Assembly: GCA_963700145.1 (NCBI GenBank)
Contig: OY969474.1
Location: 1,024,001-1,088,000, forward strand
Source of the DNA: an uncultured Acidobacteriota bacterium
GTDB lineage: Bacteria > Acidobacteriota > Thermoanaerobaculia > Multivoradales > UBA5704
Direction: 5' to 3'
DNA length: 64,000 nucleotides
In this document: positions 30,777 through 40,629 of the stretch, piece after piece
Numbering within the stretch: position 1 is the first letter of the stretch
Layout: every line of letters starts with the position of its first letter
Made by a program: the position numbers and the translations under genes
Notes under the pieces: model-generated
The model's database searches: none
Seen by the model: the letters and a program-made list of their open reading frames with translations, nothing else
Told to the model about the DNA's origin: nothing

Positions 30777-30938
30777 GGAGCGTCGGGGGGCTTCCGGCGG
30801 GAACCGGCGCGCGCTTTGTTCGCCTGCACGATCTGAGGCGCGCGCCTGCGCTTCGCTGCGCGCATCGGCGGTCGCGGCCTGCGATGGGGCTTGCCGGCGC
30901 TGGCTCAGAGCTTCCCGCCGGAAGCCCCCCGACGCTCC
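30777..30938. repeat. 162-bp palindromic element, copy B (opposite orientation to copy A)
   Basis: Perfect 27-bp inverted repeats at 30777-30803 and 30912-30938. Confidence 0.75.
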
Positions 30939-30950
30939 CTCCCCCGCCCT

Positions 30951-31802
30951 ATGACTCGGTCTGTGGTTGTCCCCTGCCTGGATTCTCCCTACGTGAAACG
31001 GACGTTGGACGGTCTCAGCGCCCACGGGGAGATCGAGGTGGTTGTCGTGGGGCGCGATTCGCATGGGTTGGTGCCTCGGGATGGGAGTGTGCACTTCGTA
31101 GAGACGGAGGCGCGGCTCAATCCGGCGGCGGCTCGGAACTTGGGGGTGAGTGAGGCGCGGGGGGAGCGGATCTTTTTTACGGACGCGGATTGTCTGCCGC
31201 TTCCGGGGTGGCTCGCGGGGCTCGATGCGGGGTTGGAGCGGGCGGCTGTGGCTGGGGGGGCGGTGGTGTTTGCGCGGGGCGGGGGGCGGTGGGCGCTGGC
31301 GGACAACATTGCTTCGTTCCATGAGCTTCTGCCCGATCGGCCGGCGGAGGGGGATACGCGGCGGCCGTTGGGGAGTCTGAACCTGGCTTGCACGCGGGCG
31401 GCTTGGGAGGTTGTGGGGGGGTTCGACGAGTCGCTGACGACTAGCGAGGACCACGACTGGGTGTTGCGGGCGCGGCAGGCCGGGTTGGCTACTGCGTTCG
31501 TGCCGGAGGCGGTGGTGGAGCATGCGGCGGTGCGGGGGAGTCTCGCGGAAGTGGAGGCGCACGCTGCCTGGTACGGGGCGCACTTCCATCGCTTTCGCGC
31601 GCGCCATCCGGAGGCGTTCGGGACCGGGCCGACTTGGGCGAGCCGGGAGCGGTTGGCGCGGGCGGTGCCGGTGAAGGCGGTGGCTTCGGCGCTCGGGATC
31701 TTCCTGCGCCATCCTCGCTTGCTGACCTCGCTCCACGCCCTGCCGGGCGTCGTCGCCTTCAAGCGGGCCTGGTACCGGGCGGTGCTGGAGTCTTGGCCGT
31801 GA
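30951..31802 (+). CDS. Glycosyltransferase family 2
   Basis: SVVVPC, AAARNLG, FTDADC, GGFDE, EDHDW. Confidence 0.88.
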   Translation: MTRSVVVPCLDSPYVKRTLDGLSAHGEIEVVVVGRDSHGLVPRDGSVHFVETEARLNPAAARNLGVSEARGERIFFTDADCLPLPGWLAGLDAGLERAAVAGGAVVFARGGGRWALADNIASFHELLPDRPAEGDTRRPLGSLNLACTRAAWEVVGGFDESLTTSEDHDWVLRARQAGLATAFVPEAVVEHAAVRGSLAEVEAHAAWYGAHFHRFRARHPEAFGTGPTWASRERLARAVPVKAVASALGIFLRHPRLLTSLHALPGVVAFKRAWYRAVLESWP

Positions 31803-33250
31803 GGGGGCCGGAGGCGGCGGGTGGCGCGAGCACGGAGAAGCGGGTCGTCGCCTCGACGCTGGCCGCGTACGGCAGTCAGCTCGGGCGGGTGGCGATCCGG
31901 GCGGTCGCCGACTTGGCGCTGGCGCGGCTCATCCTGCCGGACGGGCACGGGCTCTTCGATCTGGCGCTCGGGGTCGTCGTCGTCGCGGGGATCTTCCGCG
32001 ATCTCGGGCTCCCCTACCAGCTGGTGCGCGACGAGCGGCAGTCGTACGGCGCCGCGTTCGTCTGGATCGCGAGCTCGTCGGTGCTCATCACCGCCGCCCT
32101 GGCGCTCGGCGCCGGGCTCTTCGCGCCGCTCGATCCCGGGCTGCCGGCGGTGCTGCGGCTCTACGCGCTCTTCGTGCTGCTCGACGGGCTCGCCGTCGTG
32201 CCCAAGGTGTTCTTCGAGCGGCGGCTCGAGGTGGGGCGGCTGGTGGGGCCGGAGATCCTGCGCGGCCTCGCCTTCGCCGTGGTGGGGATCACGCTCGCGG
32301 CGCAGGGCTGGGGGGTGTGGGCGCTGGTCTGGGGGCAGCTCGTGAGCGGCGCGCTTTTCGCCGCGCTGCTCTGGCGGCGCGCCTGGGGAAGGATCCCGCT
32401 GCACCGCGAGTCGGGCCGCGCGCTCGAGCTGGTGCGCAAGAGCCTCCTCCTCTTCGCTATCGCCCTCCTCGCCCTGCCGATGCCGTACGTCGCCCGCTTC
32501 GTCCTCGGCGCCTTTGGCGGCGGCGCCTACGTGGTCGGGCAGTTCGGCAAGGCGCGCGACTGGGGGTTCCGCCTCCAGGAGCTGGTGCTGCCGGCGATCG
32601 CCCGCGTCCTCTACCCGGCGCTCGTCGAGTACCGCGGCGACCGCACGCGCTACCTCGGCGCCTACCGCTACGGCACGGTCTCGATCCTGGCGCTCGAGAC
32701 CCTCGCCGCCTACTTCCTCTTCTTCAACGCCGAGGTGGTGCTGCTGAAGGTCCTGATCGGCGAGAACTGGCGCCCGGCGGTACCGCTGCTGCAGATCCTC
32801 TGCTTCGTGCCGCTCACCGACCCCTACTCGCGCCTCGGCGGCGAGCTACTCAAGGTCGAAGGCCAGGACCGCGCCTGGCTGGCGGTCGTCGGGTTGAACC
32901 TCCTCTCCCTCGTCGGCTTCGGCGCGCTCCTGACGCGCGCGATGGGCGCGCCCGGGATGGCGTGGGCCAACTACCTCCTCCTCGGCAACCTGCTGATGGC
33001 CTGGCGGGTGGCGCGCGTCTGCGGCCCGCTCTTCTGGCGCCTCACCGGCGACCTGCTGCTCGTCTACCTCCTGCCGCTGCCGCTCTTCCTCGGCGCGGCC
33101 TGGCTCTTCCCCGACGGCTCCTGGGCGCGGCTCGCGGCGTCCGTCGCGGCGGCGGCGGTGGCCGGCCTCCTTCTCCTCGCCCGCTTCGCCGGGCCGCTGC
33201 GCCGGCTCTTCGCCGCGCCGGCGGCGGCCGCGGCGGCGGAGAGCGCGTGA
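31799..33250 (+). CDS. Oligosaccharide flippase (Wzx-like)
   Basis: LARLILPDGHGLF, about 12 TMs, GTGA overlap. Confidence 0.8.
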   Translation: MRGPEAAGGASTEKRVVASTLAAYGSQLGRVAIRAVADLALARLILPDGHGLFDLALGVVVVAGIFRDLGLPYQLVRDERQSYGAAFVWIASSSVLITAALALGAGLFAPLDPGLPAVLRLYALFVLLDGLAVVPKVFFERRLEVGRLVGPEILRGLAFAVVGITLAAQGWGVWALVWGQLVSGALFAALLWRRAWGRIPLHRESGRALELVRKSLLLFAIALLALPMPYVARFVLGAFGGGAYVVGQFGKARDWGFRLQELVLPAIARVLYPALVEYRGDRTRYLGAYRYGTVSILALETLAAYFLFFNAEVVLLKVLIGENWRPAVPLLQILCFVPLTDPYSRLGGELLKVEGQDRAWLAVVGLNLLSLVGFGALLTRAMGAPGMAWANYLLLGNLLMAWRVARVCGPLFWRLTGDLLLVYLLPLPLFLGAAWLFPDGSWARLAASVAAAAVAGLLLLARFAGPLRRLFAAPAAAAAAESA

Positions 33251-34356
33251 AGGTCGCCTTCGTGATGCCGGGGGTCGGCGTCGTCGAGCGCGGGGCGGAG
33301 GCGTTCGTCGTCGAGCTGGCGACGGCGCTCGCCGAGCGGCACGGCGTCCAGCCGGTGCTCTTCTCGCGCGGCCCGGCGCCGCTGCCGCACGCCCCGCTGC
33401 GGTCACTGCCGCGCGACAACCGGTTCGTCAACGCCGTCTACAACAAGACGCGGCTGGGCAGGAAAGCGCTCGACACCCTGTTCCTCGATCCGCTCAACCT
33501 CGAGTGGAGCACCGCGGCGCTCTCCTCGTTGCCCGGCCTCTTCCGCGGCGGCTTCGACGTCGTCGTGATGGAAGGCGGCCTCGCCGGCGCCTGGGCGGCG
33601 CGCCTCCTGCGGCAGCTCCGCGGCGTCCCGTTCGTGGACATCGCCCACGGCGTGGACCCCAAGTGGGAGGGCGCCTTCGCGCGCCAGAAGCCGAACCGCG
33701 TGGTGACCTTCACCGAGGCCGCGGCGCGCATGATCCGCGCGCGGGCGCCGCGGGCGCGGGTCGCCGTCATCCCGCACGGCATCGACCTGGAGCGCTTCCG
33801 CCCGGGCCTGCCGCCGGCCGCGGCGGCGAGCGCGCTCCCTCGCCCGCTCGTCCTCGCCGCCGGCGCCCTCGACGCGCACAAGCGCTTCGAGCTGACCGTC
33901 GAGGCGGTGGCGCGCATGGGAGAGGGAAGTCTCATGCTGCTCGGCGACGGCCCGGCGGCGCCGGCCCTCGACGCCCTCGCCGCCCGCCGGCTCGGCCCCG
34001 GGCGCTACCTGCGCGCCGGCGTGCCGCGCGCCGAGATACCCGCCTGGTACGCCGCCGCCGATTGCTTTACGATGCCGTCGCTCACGGAGTCCTTCGGCCT
34101 GACATACCTCGAAGCGATGGCCTGCGGTCTCCCCTGCGTGGCGCCCGACGACGCGGTGCGGCGGGAAGTGATCGGCGAGGCGGGGACGTTCTGCGCCGTC
34201 GCCGACCCCGACGCCTACGCCGGCGCGCTGGCCGAGACGCTCCAGCGCTCCTGGGGGGACCTCCCCCGCCGGCGCGCCGAGCGTTTCCCCTTCGCGGCCA
34301 CCGCTCGTGCTTATGCCGAGCTGTTCGCCCAGGTGACCGCCGAGGCGGCGCGATGA
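33247..34356 (+). CDS. Glycosyltransferase family 4
   Basis: IPHGIDLERF and ESFGLTYLEAMACG. Confidence 0.9.
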   Translation: MKVAFVMPGVGVVERGAEAFVVELATALAERHGVQPVLFSRGPAPLPHAPLRSLPRDNRFVNAVYNKTRLGRKALDTLFLDPLNLEWSTAALSSLPGLFRGGFDVVVMEGGLAGAWAARLLRQLRGVPFVDIAHGVDPKWEGAFARQKPNRVVTFTEAAARMIRARAPRARVAVIPHGIDLERFRPGLPPAAAASALPRPLVLAAGALDAHKRFELTVEAVARMGEGSLMLLGDGPAAPALDALAARRLGPGRYLRAGVPRAEIPAWYAAADCFTMPSLTESFGLTYLEAMACGLPCVAPDDAVRREVIGEAGTFCAVADPDAYAGALAETLQRSWGDLPRRRAERFPFAATARAYAELFAQVTAEAAR

Positions 34357-35129
34357 TCCCGATCCTGATGCTCCACCACGTGGCCGACGGCCCCCTCGAG
34401 CCGCCGCCGCTCCACCCCGACAGCTACCTGCCGCGCGCCGAGCTGGCGCGGCACCTCGACGCGCTGGCCGCGGCCGGCTACCGCACGCTGACCCTGGCCG
34501 AGGCGGCGCGCGCGGGCGGCGAGCCGGCGGGCCGGAGCGTCGTCTTGACCTTCGACGACGGCTGCCGCTGCTTCGCCGAGCATGCCCTGCCGGAGCTTCT
34601 GGCGCGCGGCATGACGGCGACGGTCTTCGCGGTGAGCGAAGAGCTGGGTGGGGAGAACAGTTGGGACCGTGGCGCCGGTGAGCGACGCGAGCGGCTGATG
34701 TCCGCGGACGAGCTGCGGCAGATCGCGGGGCAAGGGATCGAGGTCGGGTCGCACGGGCGCTTGCACCGCGACCTCACCGCCTGCTCATCCGAGGAGCTGG
34801 AGGACGAGGCCGCCGGCTCCCGCCGCGACCTCGAAGCGGCCCTCGGCGCACCCGTCCTCACCTTCTGCTATCCCTACGGCCGCTGGAACGAGCGCGCCCG
34901 CGTGGCCGTCCGCACCGCCGGCTACGAGGCCGCGGTCGCGATCGAAGGCCACGGCCCGACCGGCGTCCGCGAGGACCTGCTCTCCCTACCCAGAAGCTTC
35001 CTGACCCCCGGCGAGAGCCGCTTCGAGCTGCTGCTCAAGGCCAGCGGCCGCTACCGCTTCTGGAAGCGCCTGCCGCGGCTCGGCGTCCTCGCCGCCCTCC
35101 GCCGCCCCGCCTCCGGAGGCGCAGGTTGA
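34353..35129 (+). CDS. Polysaccharide deacetylase (NodB domain)
   Basis: IPILMLHHV, LTFDDG, EVGSHG, FCYPYG. Confidence 0.9.
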   Translation: MIPILMLHHVADGPLEPPPLHPDSYLPRAELARHLDALAAAGYRTLTLAEAARAGGEPAGRSVVLTFDDGCRCFAEHALPELLARGMTATVFAVSEELGGENSWDRGAGERRERLMSADELRQIAGQGIEVGSHGRLHRDLTACSSEELEDEAAGSRRDLEAALGAPVLTFCYPYGRWNERARVAVRTAGYEAAVAIEGHGPTGVREDLLSLPRSFLTPGESRFELLLKASGRYRFWKRLPRLGVLAALRRPASGGAG

Positions 35130-36778
35130 GCCTCTGGCCGCGGCTCGGCCGCGACTTCGCGCGCCTGCGCGCCGTCAAGGCGCGCGGCTTCTGGCTCGCC
35201 CTCTTCGACGCCCTCCTCTTCGACTCCGGCTTCCAGGCCCTCCTCGCCTACCGCATGGGGCACACCCTGCTGCGCTGGCGGGTGCCGGTCCTGCCCGCCG
35301 TCTGCCGCCGCTGGGCGGTCGGCGCCTGCGCGGTGGACATCCTGCCGCGCGCCGAGATCGGCGGCGGCTGCATCGTGGCGCACGGCGTGGGGCTGGTCGT
35401 CGGCGGTCGGACGGTGATCGGCGAGGACTGCACGCTCCTCCACGGCGTCACCCTGGGCGAGGCGCGCTTCGTCGAGCTGGACTGCCCGCGCGTCGGCAAC
35501 CGGGTGACGATCGGCGCCGGCGCCAAGGTGCTCGGCGGCATCGCCGTCGGCGACGACGCCGCGATCGGCGCCAACGCCGTGGTGCTGCACGACGTCCCAG
35601 CCGGCGCCGTCGTCGCCGGCATCCCGGCGCGCGAGGTCGGCGCCCGCCGCAGCGCCGTCGCCCTCGCGCTCCTGCTCCTCGCCGCGACCTTGGCCTCGGC
35701 GCCGCTCGCCGCCGCGCCGCTCAAGCTGTGCGACGACGCCACTTCGATCACGCCGATCGGCGTCGACACCAAGTCCGGCCTCACGCTCCTCGCCCTGCCG
35801 GGGCGCGACGGTGGGCGCGGCTGGATCGTCGAGCTGCCCGCCGGCGGCGGCGCCGCGCGGCTCCACGAAGACCGAACGCAGGGGCGCTCCGGCGGGTCGG
35901 TCGGGCCGGGCCCGATCCTTTCGGTCCTGCCGTGCGGCCCGACCTGCATCCAGCCGGTGCGGTGGGAGGGCGGCGCCTGGAAGCCGCTCGGCGAGTCGTT
36001 CGCGGCGCCGTCGGTGAGCACCGCCGCCTCGACCTGGGACGACACCGGTCACCCCTGGATCGTGCTCCACGGCCAGCGGCAGGAGGGCGGCCGGATGACG
36101 GCCTGGGCCTTCCGCCTGGAGACCGGGGCGCGCGAGTGGAAGTCGAAGGGGAGCCTGCTGATCGCCGCCGCCGGCCCGCCGGAGGCGATCCCGGCGCCGC
36201 AGCGGAAGGACGGCGTCCTCTCGGGGAGCGGCCTCTTCGCCGCTTCGGGGCGCCCGGCGCACTGGGTGAGCGGTCTCCCGGTGCTGCCCGCCAACCGGCG
36301 CGGGCAGGTCGTGCCGCTCGCCGGCAGCGCCGCCGCCTACCTCTCGGCCGACGGCGCCGTCTACGTCTCGCGCGACGGCGGCAAGAAGTGGACGCGCTCG
36401 CTGTGGGCCCCGTGGGGGACCGCGGGGGTGACCGACAGCTGGCGCCAGGGGAGCGACTTCTGGGTGGACCTGCCGGTCGGGGTGCAGCGCGGGCCGCTCC
36501 AGCTCGCCTGGTTCGACCGCCGCGTGCCGAGCGACGAGCGGCTCTATCTCACGGAGCTGGACGCCACGACCGACTGGCGCGTCGTCGCCCAGGCGCCCTC
36601 GACCGTGCGCACCAAGGGAGAAGCCCGGCTCGCCGTCTCCCACCTTCTCGCGCCGCGCGAACGCGAGTGGCTCGTCCTCCACGGCTGCGTGGCGACCGCC
36701 GAAGGCTCCGGCCTCGTCGTCCGCACCGTCGGCCCGGCGGGGCTCTCCGCGCCGAAGCTGCTGCCGCTCACGAAGTAA
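35126..36778 (+). CDS. Serine-acetyltransferase-like LbH domain fused to a putative exported domain
   Basis: Hexapeptide repeats ending VVAGIPAR, then a hydrophobic stretch and about 350 further aa. Confidence 0.7.
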   Translation: MSLWPRLGRDFARLRAVKARGFWLALFDALLFDSGFQALLAYRMGHTLLRWRVPVLPAVCRRWAVGACAVDILPRAEIGGGCIVAHGVGLVVGGRTVIGEDCTLLHGVTLGEARFVELDCPRVGNRVTIGAGAKVLGGIAVGDDAAIGANAVVLHDVPAGAVVAGIPAREVGARRSAVALALLLLAATLASAPLAAAPLKLCDDATSITPIGVDTKSGLTLLALPGRDGGRGWIVELPAGGGAARLHEDRTQGRSGGSVGPGPILSVLPCGPTCIQPVRWEGGAWKPLGESFAAPSVSTAASTWDDTGHPWIVLHGQRQEGGRMTAWAFRLETGAREWKSKGSLLIAAAGPPEAIPAPQRKDGVLSGSGLFAASGRPAHWVSGLPVLPANRRGQVVPLAGSAAAYLSADGAVYVSRDGGKKWTRSLWAPWGTAGVTDSWRQGSDFWVDLPVGVQRGPLQLAWFDRRVPSDERLYLTELDATTDWRVVAQAPSTVRTKGEARLAVSHLLAPREREWLVLHGCVATAEGSGLVVRTVGPAGLSAPKLLPLTK

Positions 36779-36783
36779 ACGAC

Positions 36784-37050
36784 GAACCCAGTGGTTCGGC
36801 GGCCGAACCTACTGGATCAGCGGCCGAACCCAATGGTTCAGCGGCGAAACCCACTGGATCAGTGGCTGAACCCAGTGGATCACCGGCTGAACCCAGTGGA
36901 TCACCGGCCGAACCCAGTGGGTCAGCGGCTGAACCCAGTGGATCAGCCACTGAACCGAGTGGATCTACGGCGGAACCCAGTGGATCTGCGCCGGAACCCA
37001 GTGGGTCGGCCGGCGAACCCGCTGGGTCCGTCGGCGAACCGGCTGGGTTT
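36784..37050. repeat. About 13 tandem 21-bp units (consensus ~GAACCCAGTGGATCAGCGGCC)
   Basis: Clear 21-bp periodicity between convergent genes. Confidence 0.85.
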
Positions 37051-37592
37051 TACGCCCGCGCCGGCGCCCCGGTCTGCGCCGGGATGCGCAGCACCTGGCC
37101 TGGGTAGATCTCGTCCGGATCCTTGAGCAGCGGCCGGTTGGCCTCGAAGATCCGGTTGTAGGCGTTGGCGTCGCCGTAGTGCTGCTTGGCAATCTTCGAC
37201 AGGGTGTCGCCCTTGACGACCGTGTAGAACTGGCCCTGCCCGTAAGACGCCGCCGCCACCCCTGCGCCGCCGACGGTCATCTGGTCGTCGACCTCGCCGA
37301 TCCCCTCGTGGTTGCCAACCAGGAGCGCCACCTTCTCGCGCTCCTCCTGGCTGGCGGCCTTCCCCTTGACGACCGCCTTGTCCCCGTCCACGCGGACGCT
37401 GAACTCTTCGACCTTGAAGCCCATCTGCTCGACCACCTTGACCAGCGCGGCGGCGCGCCGGCGGTCGTGTAGATCCTTCACCTGCTGGGCCGAAGGCGCC
37501 TGCCCGGCGCCCCCCGCCGGCTGCTTCGGCTCGTCGTCGTCCCCCAGCCGCAGCTTGCGGCCCACGTCCTTGGCGAACTGGATCAGACCCAT
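37050..37592 (-). CDS. lysM: BON-LysM protein (YgaU/Kbp family)
   Basis: MGLIQFAKDVG, YTVVKGDTLSKIAK, IYPGQVLRIP. Confidence 0.9.
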   Translation of the reverse strand: MGLIQFAKDVGRKLRLGDDDEPKQPAGGAGQAPSAQQVKDLHDRRRAAALVKVVEQMGFKVEEFSVRVDGDKAVVKGKAASQEEREKVALLVGNHEGIGEVDDQMTVGGAGVAAASYGQGQFYTVVKGDTLSKIAKQHYGDANAYNRIFEANRPLLKDPDEIYPGQVLRIPAQTGAPARA

Positions 37593-37674
37593 GACTGTCC
37601 TCCTTGGCAGAATTGACTCGGATGCGGGCGCACGGCGCGCCCCGGCAACCCAGCGTTTGCAAGGAGGCTGCCGC

Positions 37675-37962
37675 CTAGGCAGCCGAAAGGCGGGTCACAC
37701 GCAGCCTGGCGCGTTTCTTCTCAGCCTGCCAGAGGTCATATTGGACCTGTTGGCCAAGCCAGCTCTCCGCCGTCGTATCGAAAGCCAGCGAGAGGCGCAC
37801 GGCCATCTCGGGGCTGATGCCGACGCGTCCGTTGACGATCCCGGAGAGGGTCTTGCGGCTGACGCCCAGGGCCCTGGCCGCATCGGTGACCGTCAAGCCG
37901 AGCGGCTCCAAGCAGAGCGATCTCAGGACCTCTCCCGGATGTGGCGGATTGTGCATCCTCAT
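37675..37962 (-). CDS. higA: HigA antitoxin
   Basis: [30 protein letters not shown]. Confidence 0.92.
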   Translation of the reverse strand: MRMHNPPHPGEVLRSLCLEPLGLTVTDAARALGVSRKTLSGIVNGRVGISPEMAVRLSLAFDTTAESWLGQQVQYDLWQAEKKRARLRVTRLSAA

Positions 37963-37972
37963 GGTTCCAGCC

Positions 37973-38254
37973 TCAGTGATAGTCCTCGTAGTCGACCTGA
38001 TCCACGTCCTTCTCCACGAAAGCGAACGTCACTCTCCAGTTGCCGCTCACGCTGACCGCCCAAGTTCCCTGACGGTCACCCTTGAGGGGGTGCAGGCGGA
38101 GCCCCGGGAGGTTCATGTCCCGCGGTTCAGTGGCGACGTTCAAGCGGCCCAAGATGAGGCGAAGCCGCGCCGCGTGCTGCGCCTGGACCTTGGATGTCTT
38201 CCCTTCGGTGAAGAACAGCTCCAGCCCTTTGTGCCGGAAGCTGCGGATCGCCAC
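37973..38254 (-). CDS. higB: HigB (RelE-family) toxin
   Basis: [30 protein letters not shown]. Confidence 0.92.
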   Translation of the reverse strand: MAIRSFRHKGLELFFTEGKTSKVQAQHAARLRLILGRLNVATEPRDMNLPGLRLHPLKGDRQGTWAVSVSGNWRVTFAFVEKDVDQVDYEDYH

Positions 38255-38305
38255 GGCCCGAGTGTAACCCCTGGCTTCACAGGCCGCAAGGCAGGGCTCG
38301 TCCGC

Positions 38306-39337
38306 CTAAGGCTCTTCCGCCGCCTCGTAGAGAGCCTGGACCCACTTCGTGTCTTTTCTCTGCCTGAGCCACTTCCGCTCGAGCTTCTTGATGAGCGCGT
38401 TTGCGGCGAGGCGACGTTCCTCGCCGCTCAGCTCTCCAAGCAACTGGAGCACCGTGGCTTCGCCCGCGTTCGCTCGGTCGATCGCCTTGACCCGCAGCTC
38501 CCATGAGACGGTGATCGGCTCCTTCTTGGGCGGCGGCGGCGCCGGTACGACGAAGAACCCGTAGCTCGCCGAAGTCTTGCCGCCGATCCCGAGCCAATCG
38601 AGGGCGGCGCGCAGCAGGGCCTCGAGCTGCTGCCAGTCTTCGTCCGAAGCGCCGGCGGCCAGTCGGAGGGGGAAGGCGAACCGCGTTCCCGGTGCGACCG
38701 TGAGGAACGGCACGGGCGTGGGGTCGTTCCAGTCGGCCGGGAAATGCCCGCCTTCTTGGGTGTAGTACGCGCTCTGATGGGGTGTCAGGACGTCGACGTC
38801 GAGGCTCGGCCAGCGGACCGGAAAAGCGTCGAAGCAAGTGAGCTGTCCTCGCGCTGGCGTCACATGGGCCTGGATCGCCGGGCCGAAGAGCCGCTGCAGG
38901 TTGTCGCGCCAATAGTCGGCTGCGGCCGGTTGACCGTCGACGGGCAGGTCGCCGGCGGCCGCCTCCCGGGCGGCGTGCCGCAACACTCCCTTGACGCTGG
39001 AGCCGGGCAGATACGGGCAACCTGTCAGCCGGTCGAGCAAGAAGCCAGTCTCCACCGGCTGCGGCAGTCCCAAGCCGACGACGAGGCGGCTCTGCGTGAC
39101 CAGCTCGAAACGCTTGGCCCCGACCGCCTCCAACGCCTTGGCCCGGCGGTCCCAAAGTTTGCTGAGGTCGCCTTCGAAGCGCGCCGCGAATCCCAGGAGG
39201 AACTGCCCCTTCTGCTCCGCCCCAAGCGCCCAGTCTCCGTTGTACGTCCCGACGCCCTGATCGAAGACGAGCGAGCGGTTCGTCGCCGGATGCTCCAGCA
39301 AGGCTTTCCTGCCTGGCGGCAGGGGGTAACCGTTCAC
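38306..39337 (-). CDS. cmr6: Type III-B RAMP Cmr6
   Basis: RLVVGLG, ETGFLLD, PYLPGSSVKG, DVLTPH, PTPVPFL, GIGGKTSASYG. Confidence 0.92.
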   Translation of the reverse strand: MNGYPLPPGRKALLEHPATNRSLVFDQGVGTYNGDWALGAEQKGQFLLGFAARFEGDLSKLWDRRAKALEAVGAKRFELVTQSRLVVGLGLPQPVETGFLLDRLTGCPYLPGSSVKGVLRHAAREAAAGDLPVDGQPAAADYWRDNLQRLFGPAIQAHVTPARGQLTCFDAFPVRWPSLDVDVLTPHQSAYYTQEGGHFPADWNDPTPVPFLTVAPGTRFAFPLRLAAGASDEDWQQLEALLRAALDWLGIGGKTSASYGFFVVPAPPPPKKEPITVSWELRVKAIDRANAGEATVLQLLGELSGEERRLAANALIKKLERKWLRQRKDTKWVQALYEAAEEP

Positions 39338-39732
39338 TCTGCCTCGCCCTGAATGAAGGCCTCGGCAAAGCGCTTGAGCCAGTTGGCGAGCGCCCGCGCC
39401 TCGGCCGAGGCCCGCCGGTACTTGGGCTCGATCTCCGTCTCGCCGAGGTCGGAAGCCTTAGCTCCGGTCAGGCACTCGATCAACGTCCCCCGCGCGTAGA
39501 CGCCGGCATGGCCTTGCTTGAGCCACTTCTCCAGCCAGGTGTAGACCTCCCGCTCCGGCGAGTCGGACTTCTGCGCCAGGAGATAGCCCACGGTCTGGCC
39601 GAGGCCGTTGTTGTGGAGCCGTGCCGGCAGCTTGAGGAGCTGTGTCTTGAACTTCGCCGCCTTCGGGCTCTGCTTCACTCTCTCGACCTGCTCGAGCGCA
39701 AACTTGGCGCGCTGCTGTTCGAGCTTCAGCAT
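39334..39732 (-). CDS. cmr5: Type III-B small subunit Cmr5
   Basis: LEQQRAKFA, LPARLHNNGLGQT, WLKRFAEA. Confidence 0.9.
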   Translation of the reverse strand: MLKLEQQRAKFALEQVERVKQSPKAAKFKTQLLKLPARLHNNGLGQTVGYLLAQKSDSPEREVYTWLEKWLKQGHAGVYARGTLIECLTGAKASDLGETEIEPKYRRASAEARALANWLKRFAEAFIQGEAE

Positions 39733-39734
39733 GG

Positions 39735-40613
39735 TCAGCTCCTCGCCGCCAGGTACTTCACGTGGGTCACGCCACGCCCGATGCTCTCGTCGCCGCCGAT
39801 GCGCACGACGGCCGGCAGCGTCGTCAAGAGGTCCTTGGGCTCCTCCAATGCCCGCAACGGGCAGAGGAAGAGCGTCTCGGGCGGCACCACTTCCTCGACG
39901 AACATGTTGCCCTGCAACTCCTCCGAGCTCTTGCCGGGATGGTCCTTGGCCTCGAGGGTCACCGTCGTCCCGAGATAGTTGAGCTTGATCCGGGTGACGA
40001 CCTCGGTACCCACTTGGATCAGCTCTTTGAAGTCCTCGTCCGCGGTGACCACGAGATGATCCGGGAAGAGCTTCCGGGTGTAAGCGAAGCCCTTCGAATC
40101 GTCCGGCAAGAGGTCGAGCAGGGCCGCGGACCACTGCGTCAGCTCGGCCTGCGGGCGCTTCGCGAGCCGCACTTCGTCCAGGAGCACATCTCCATTCCCG
40201 TTCGCCCAACCGGAGCCGGCGGGCGGCGCCTCCACCTTCCGCGGCCTCCCCAGCGCACGGAACGCCCGTTCCAGGACGAATGGACAAGTCACCCAGTGGA
40301 ACGGCGCGCCCGAGGAGCGCACGGGAAAGGCGATCAGAATGCCGTCGCCGAAGGAGACGCTTCCCGGCCGGCCGGGCTTGTCGGGCGCCACCTCCGCCGC
40401 GCCGAAGACTTCATCGAGGCTCGGGAGCTTCCCCCGCAGCTCGTCACGGAGCACCCCCTTGAGCGTCGAACCCGGAATCACCGGGTAATCGGTGTGCCGC
40501 TCGCGCTGGACCGGCAGATCGACGTACCCAGCGCCGCTTTCGGCCCCGCAGTGCAAGGGCGTCTCCGTGTATAGCCCGAGCACCCCGATCTCGGAAAAGC
40601 TCTTTCTACCCAT
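39735..40613 (-). CDS. cmr4: Type III-B RAMP Cmr4 (target RNase)
   Basis: TPLHCG, VDLPVQRE (catalytic Asp present), IPGSTLKG, IGGDESIGRG. Confidence 0.95.
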   Translation of the reverse strand: MGRKSFSEIGVLGLYTETPLHCGAESGAGYVDLPVQRERHTDYPVIPGSTLKGVLRDELRGKLPSLDEVFGAAEVAPDKPGRPGSVSFGDGILIAFPVRSSGAPFHWVTCPFVLERAFRALGRPRKVEAPPAGSGWANGNGDVLLDEVRLAKRPQAELTQWSAALLDLLPDDSKGFAYTRKLFPDHLVVTADEDFKELIQVGTEVVTRIKLNYLGTTVTLEAKDHPGKSSEELQGNMFVEEVVPPETLFLCPLRALEEPKDLLTTLPAVVRIGGDESIGRGVTHVKYLAARS

Positions 40614-40629
40614 CCTCGATATCTCCTCT

